Shown: piece by piece, positions 59,889 through 64,000 of the stretch
Position numbering within the stretch: position 1 is the stretch's first letter
Layout of the letters: each line of letters opens with the position of its first letter
Assembly: GCA_022768655.1 (NCBI GenBank)
Contig: JALEQD010000046.1
Coordinates: forward strand, 10,437-74,436
Direction: 5' to 3'
Length of the DNA: 64,000 nucleotides
Source: Anaeroplasma sp.
GTDB lineage: Bacteria; Bacillota_I; Bacilli_A; Acholeplasmatales; Anaeroplasmataceae
Program-made: the position numbers and the translations under genes
The notes under the pieces: generated by a model
The model's database searches: none
Told to the model about the DNA's origin: nothing
The model's input: the letters and a program-made list of their open reading frames with translations, nothing else

Positions 59889-60140
59889 CTAATTATCCTC
59901 AAGTATAGAAGCAATGTCAGCTATTGCTTGCTCTGCTTGATCTCCAGTAGCTTCAATACGAACATTTTCACCACTAGGAATTGCAAGAGACATTAATCCT
60001 AAAATAGATTTAACATCAATTGTTTTATTGTTGTAATGTAAATTAATATCAACAGAATATTTTGATGCCGCTCTAACAATTTGTGCAGCTAAGCTAGCAT
60101 GTAAGCCAACTGTACTTTTAACAATTATTTCCTTTTCCAT
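59889..60140 (-). CDS. ptsH: HPr-family phosphocarrier protein (divergent)
   Basis: 83 aa. His15 context VGLHASLAAQIV and Ser46 context VKSILGLMSL. Confidence 0.75.
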   Translation of the reverse strand: MEKEIIVKSTVGLHASLAAQIVRAASKYSVDINLHYNNKTIDVKSILGLMSLAIPSGENVRIEATGDQAEQAIADIASILEDN

Positions 60141-60165
60141 AATATCTCCTCAATTTTTTTAAAAA

Positions 60166-61380
60166 TTAAATCTCATCAACGCAAGCAATTCCTGGAAGAA
60201 CTTTTCCTTCTAGATATTCTAAAGAAGCTCCACCACCAGTAGAAATATGACTTACCTTTGATGCATAGCCTAATTGCTCTGCAGCAGCTGCAGAATCTCC
60301 ACCACCAATGATAGTTTGTGCACCCTCAGTAGTTAATTTTGCTAATAATTCACATACACCAATAGTACCAGCAGCATAATTCTTCATTTCGAATACTCCC
60401 ATTGGTCCATTCCATACAACTGTCTTAGCACCATTTAAATTTTCTGCAAATAATTCTAAAGTCTTAGAACCAATATCTAAGCCCATATCATCAGCATCAA
60501 AAGCATCAATAGACTTATTTACGCCTGGAACATCTTCAAATGCCTTATTTACAACTGCATCAACAGGTAATACAATTTTACCATTAGCCTTAGCTAATAA
60601 ATCCTTAGCTAAATCTAATTTATCCTCTTCGCAACGAGAAGCACCAATATTATATCCTTGTGCTTTTAAGAATGTAAACATCATTGCACCACCAACTAAA
60701 ATCTTGTCAGCCTTTGCAATTAATGCTTCAATAACACCAATTTTATCAGAAACCTTAGAACCACCTAAAATAGCAACATATGGTCTTTTTGGTTCATCAA
60801 CAGCTCCACCAATGAACTTAATTTCCTTTTCTAATAGGAAGCCAGCTGCAGTTTCCTTTACATTTGCTGCAATACCAACATTTGAAGCTGCTGCACGGTG
60901 TGCTGTACCGAATGCATCATTAACAAATACATCACCTAATGAAGCCCAATATGCACCTAATTCTGCATTATTTTTAGATTCATACTTAGTTTCTTTTTGT
61001 GCTTGAACATCATAATCCTCATATCTTGTATTTTGGAACATTAGAATTTCGCCTTCTTTTAATTGATTGACAGCATCCTCTAATTCCTTTCCTCTTGTTG
61101 CATTAACAAATTTAACTGGTTTTTTAATTAATTCCTCTAAACGCTTTGCTACAGGAGCGATATCGTTCTTTAAAATATCTGCTTCTTCCTTAACGCGTCC
61201 TAAATGAGAAAATACAATTGCCTTACCACCATTATTTACTACGTATTCAATTGTAGGTAAAGCTGCACGAACACGTGTATCATCAGTGATAACACCATTT
61301 TTCATAGGAACATTAAAATCCACACGGATTAAAACCTTTTTTCCCTTTACTTGTAAATCTGAAACAATTTTCTTAGCCAT
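60166..61380 (-). CDS. pgk: Phosphoglycerate kinase
   Basis: [26 protein letters not shown] and GGGDS. Confidence 0.97.
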   Translation of the reverse strand: MAKKIVSDLQVKGKKVLIRVDFNVPMKNGVITDDTRVRAALPTIEYVVNNGGKAIVFSHLGRVKEEADILKNDIAPVAKRLEELIKKPVKFVNATRGKELEDAVNQLKEGEILMFQNTRYEDYDVQAQKETKYESKNNAELGAYWASLGDVFVNDAFGTAHRAAASNVGIAANVKETAAGFLLEKEIKFIGGAVDEPKRPYVAILGGSKVSDKIGVIEALIAKADKILVGGAMMFTFLKAQGYNIGASRCEEDKLDLAKDLLAKANGKIVLPVDAVVNKAFEDVPGVNKSIDAFDADDMGLDIGSKTLELFAENLNGAKTVVWNGPMGVFEMKNYAAGTIGVCELLAKLTTEGAQTIIGGGDSAAAAEQLGYASKVSHISTGGGASLEYLEGKVLPGIACVDEI

Positions 61381-61469
61381 ATTTTTTTAAATCCTCCGTT
61401 AAATAATTAGCTATTTTGCTAAAACAATTATACCATAATATATTTATCTTTGTGAATAAATTATCCTTA

Positions 61470-61484
61470 TGCAATCGTTTTCAA
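61470..61484 (-). promoter_or_regulatory. cre consensus site upstream of the pgk-ptsH-tpiA promoter
   Basis: Identical 15-mer TTGAAAACGATTGCA on the minus strand. The extended -10 TGgTATAAT lies at 61427-61435, which places the cre centre near -57. Confidence 0.5.
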
Positions 61485-61513
61485 TAGATAAATTTTATTC
61501 ATTTTTATATTTT

Positions 61514-62602
61514 CTAAGAGAAACGTTTTTTTCTTTTATCATTTTCAGGAAAATTTAATGAATAATATTCATATAAAAGCTTTTTTGCTTGTAAATTTCC
61601 AAGCCTATAGCTATCAAGTAAAAAAACTATTGGATTTTTCTTTTTGATTATTCCCAAATTACAGCATTCATATAAAAATAATCCACTTTTATCTTGATGC
61701 TTTAACGTTAAATAAGAATATGTAACCCTATCCTTTAAATTCTTTGATTCATATTCGTACTTGAATAAATAATCCTTTCTTTTATAATAAAAAATACCAA
61801 TATTTAAATATTCATTATATTTAGAATATTCCTTATTTTTAATGTTCTTTTTCATTTTTCTATATATTTCATCAGAACTTTGATATTTCAAATTCTCATT
61901 AACCTGTTCATAAACCCTAAAGCTTTCTTTATAATAGCTATCAATAAATTCATTTGGAATATAAGCTATTGGCCTTTTATATTTTCTTAAAAATTCTTGA
62001 TATTCTATAGTTATTTGACTTTCAAATGAATAAAATACATTTTTATTTGATGACAATATAGAAACATAATCTTTTTTTCTTTCCTTTGTTCTATATCTAA
62101 ATTGATATACCTTCTCGTAAAATATTTCTTCATTTTGAAAATCGATTTGATTGATTAAATAAAGATCAATAAATGCACTATTTTTATATATTTTATGTCT
62201 TCTTTTAATTTGTTCGATTCCTTTTTTCTTTACTTCTTCAATACATTTCCTTCTAATCTTTTCTTCATTATTATATAAAAGATTATTTGGCTCATCCTGT
62301 ATAACAAAAGCATCATTCTTTGATAATTCATTTAAGATAAAATCACTATCAGAATAAGTATAGGATATATCAAGCCTTCCTTCATAGGATAAGCCTTCAT
62401 TTTTAATAAAATAATTTTGATTGTATATCATGAAATCAAAAAAATAATATGGTTTAAAAAATTCTTCAACTGTTAATAAAGATTCATCAATATTATCTAA
62501 ATATCGATTATCATTTCTACAGTATAGCCTAAAAGCTTCAATAGCATCATCACTATTTATATTTTCTTTTAGCATATATCTGGTTATTTTCAAAAAAATC
62601 AC
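61514..62602 (-). CDS. Hypothetical Lys/Tyr/Glu-rich protein
   Basis: 362-aa ORF between dnaE and pgk. No recognisable motif except a possible single Sel1-like turn at the C-terminus (YRLGNLQAKKLLYEYY). Confidence 0.45.
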   Translation of the reverse strand: MIFLKITRYMLKENINSDDAIEAFRLYCRNDNRYLDNIDESLLTVEEFFKPYYFFDFMIYNQNYFIKNEGLSYEGRLDISYTYSDSDFILNELSKNDAFVIQDEPNNLLYNNEEKIRRKCIEEVKKKGIEQIKRRHKIYKNSAFIDLYLINQIDFQNEEIFYEKVYQFRYRTKERKKDYVSILSSNKNVFYSFESQITIEYQEFLRKYKRPIAYIPNEFIDSYYKESFRVYEQVNENLKYQSSDEIYRKMKKNIKNKEYSKYNEYLNIGIFYYKRKDYLFKYEYESKNLKDRVTYSYLTLKHQDKSGLFLYECCNLGIIKKKNPIVFLLDSYRLGNLQAKKLLYEYYSLNFPENDKRKKRFS

Positions 62603-62637
62603 CTATATAAGCTTATGAAAACTATAAATAATTTATA

Positions 62638-64000
62638 CTAGTTAGTATTATTGTTTTCATTTATTTTAGCTATTTTTAATATTGATATCGAATCTTCGCC
62701 TTTTTGATCCTTTTCTAGCACTCCAAGTACTAAATATATTATGTTTTTTTCAGGCTTTTCAGTCAATTTTTCATAGATTCTTGGAAATATAACAAATTTT
62801 TTTGATGCGACCTCATCTACCATTGTACCAACAAGCATAGGTTCGTTTTTCTTTGTTTTAATTTCTTTTATATCCTCAAAACAAACTAATAGCCTTGATT
62901 GAGTATTATATGTGCATTTATTTAATGATATAGTTTTATATTTTTTAGATAAAGCATCAATATCTCTAAATTTATTATATTCAATATTCATACCTAAATA
63001 TTTAAATTCTTGGTTCTTTAGATATGAGAAATCATAATCATCCTTAAAATCAATAATATTATGCATATGTCTAAGATATAATTGATCTTCAGCAGTAATA
63101 TTTTTACATAAATTCTTCTTTGTTTTACCAAATAAGTCAAATGCCCCTGAAAAAATTAATGCTTCAATATTTTGAGAATTAATATTTTTAACACGTGCTT
63201 TAAAATCATTAAAATCTTTGAAATCACCATTTAAATCACGTTCATTTACAATCGCATCTGATACTGTATCACCAATAGAAAGAATCGCAGTAAATGGAAG
63301 ATATAATTTTCCATCTACAAATACAAATTTACCTCTTGAAATATTAATATTTGGCTTTACTGTTTCAAGTCCATTGAGCTTCGCATATTTAATATATGAT
63401 AAAAGAGTATCCTTGCTGCTTATAACATTATTTAAGATATTAGTCATGAAAACATCAAAATAATATGCTTTAATATATGCCATTTGATAAGAAAGAATAG
63501 CATATGCAACTGAATGCGATTTGTTAAAACCATAATTTGCAAATTTATATATCAAATCATATATTTGTTTAGCAACAAGCTCTGAATAACCCTTTTCTAT
63601 AGATTTTTTAACAAAGTCAGCTTCCTTTTCCCTAAGTAATTCAGCATCCTTTTTTGATACAGCACGTCTTAATACATCTGCCTCACCCAATGAGTATCCA
63701 GCAAATGCTTGCGCAATTTTCATTATTTGCTCTTGATATATAATAATACCATAGGTTGATGATAATATTGGCCTTAATGATTCATGAATATATGTGAATT
63801 TCTTTCCATGCTTTCTATTTATATATTCATCTATATTATCCATAGGTCCAGGTCTATATAACGCTAATACTGCAACCAAATCATCAAAACAGGTAGGCTT
63901 TAACTTCTTTAAAACATTTCTAATTCCAATTGATTCAAGCTGAAATATTCCTAAAGTATCAGCATTTTGAAGAAGCCTATATACTTTAGGGTCCTCAAGT
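62638..64000 (-). CDS. dnaE: DNA polymerase III alpha subunit DnaE, 3' part (continues beyond the window)
   Basis: LYRPGPM, IIYQEQIM, GEADVLRRAVSKK and FNKSHSVAYA, plus a C-terminal OB-fold region. The reading frame is still open at nt 64000. Confidence 0.88.
   Translation of the reverse strand, partial: LEDPKVYRLLQNADTLGIFQLESIGIRNVLKKLKPTCFDDLVAVLALYRPGPMDNIDEYINRKHGKKFTYIHESLRPILSSTYGIIIYQEQIMKIAQAFAGYSLGEADVLRRAVSKKDAELLREKEADFVKKSIEKGYSELVAKQIYDLIYKFANYGFNKSHSVAYAILSYQMAYIKAYYFDVFMTNILNNVISSKDTLLSYIKYAKLNGLETVKPNINISRGKFVFVDGKLYLPFTAILSIGDTVSDAIVNERDLNGDFKDFNDFKARVKNINSQNIEALIFSGAFDLFGKTKKNLCKNITAEDQLYLRHMHNIIDFKDDYDFSYLKNQEFKYLGMNIEYNKFRDIDALSKKYKTISLNKCTYNTQSRLLVCFEDIKEIKTKKNEPMLVGTMVDEVASKKFVIFPRIYEKLTEKPEKNIIYLVLGVLEKDQKGEDSISILKIAKINENNNTN

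Overview
This is a 64-kb chromosomal window from a very AT-rich, Firmicutes-type genome. Two hand-counted 60-nt samples gave about 28% GC in core genes. The standard genetic code applies: TGG encodes Trp and TGA is used as a stop. Lineage markers are gpr, pdaA, whiA, addAB, hprK and glnS, which point to an endospore-lineage low-GC Gram-positive; I cannot name the species. Apart from two large genes at the left edge, rpsT, a DUF378 gene and a TrmH-family gene, everything is on the minus strand. Most of the window is housekeeping: tex, recA, pgsA, holA, malQ, trmD-rimM, addA-addB, rpsP, whiA, lgt, hprK, uvrA, ligA, pcrA, glnS, the t6A genes tsaEBD, tpiA-ptsH-pgk and the 3' part of dnaE. One tRNA-Ser(GCU) is present. 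I saw no rRNA, CRISPR array, transposase or integrase. The items most worth a second look are listed here. (1) A GC-atypical four-gene cassette at 5.0-6.5 kb, with a DUF3990 protein carrying PARP-like motifs, two DUF3791 paralogs and a small coiled-coil protein behind a palindrome-flanked promoter; it is a candidate toxin-antitoxin or defence module. (2) A decayed accessory patch next to the 3' end of tRNA-Ser, with two arrays of direct repeats and a G9 homopolymer just upstream of a lipoprotein gene. (3) An ABC-exporter/CobW/CobW operon in which one CobW GTPase carries a 7 x 39-bp in-frame repeat encoding ECECGHHHHDHDE. (4) A TIR-like/Sel1-repeat protein. (5) A DUF1538 membrane protein with two PII-like proteins. 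(6) Several gene fusions and insertions: Lgt-HAD, RimI-GNAT, a divergent HPr inside pgk-tpiA, and GGDEF between pcrA and ligA. (7) Two identical cre-consensus 15-mers. All functional calls rest on motifs I read in the translations. No database search was possible.
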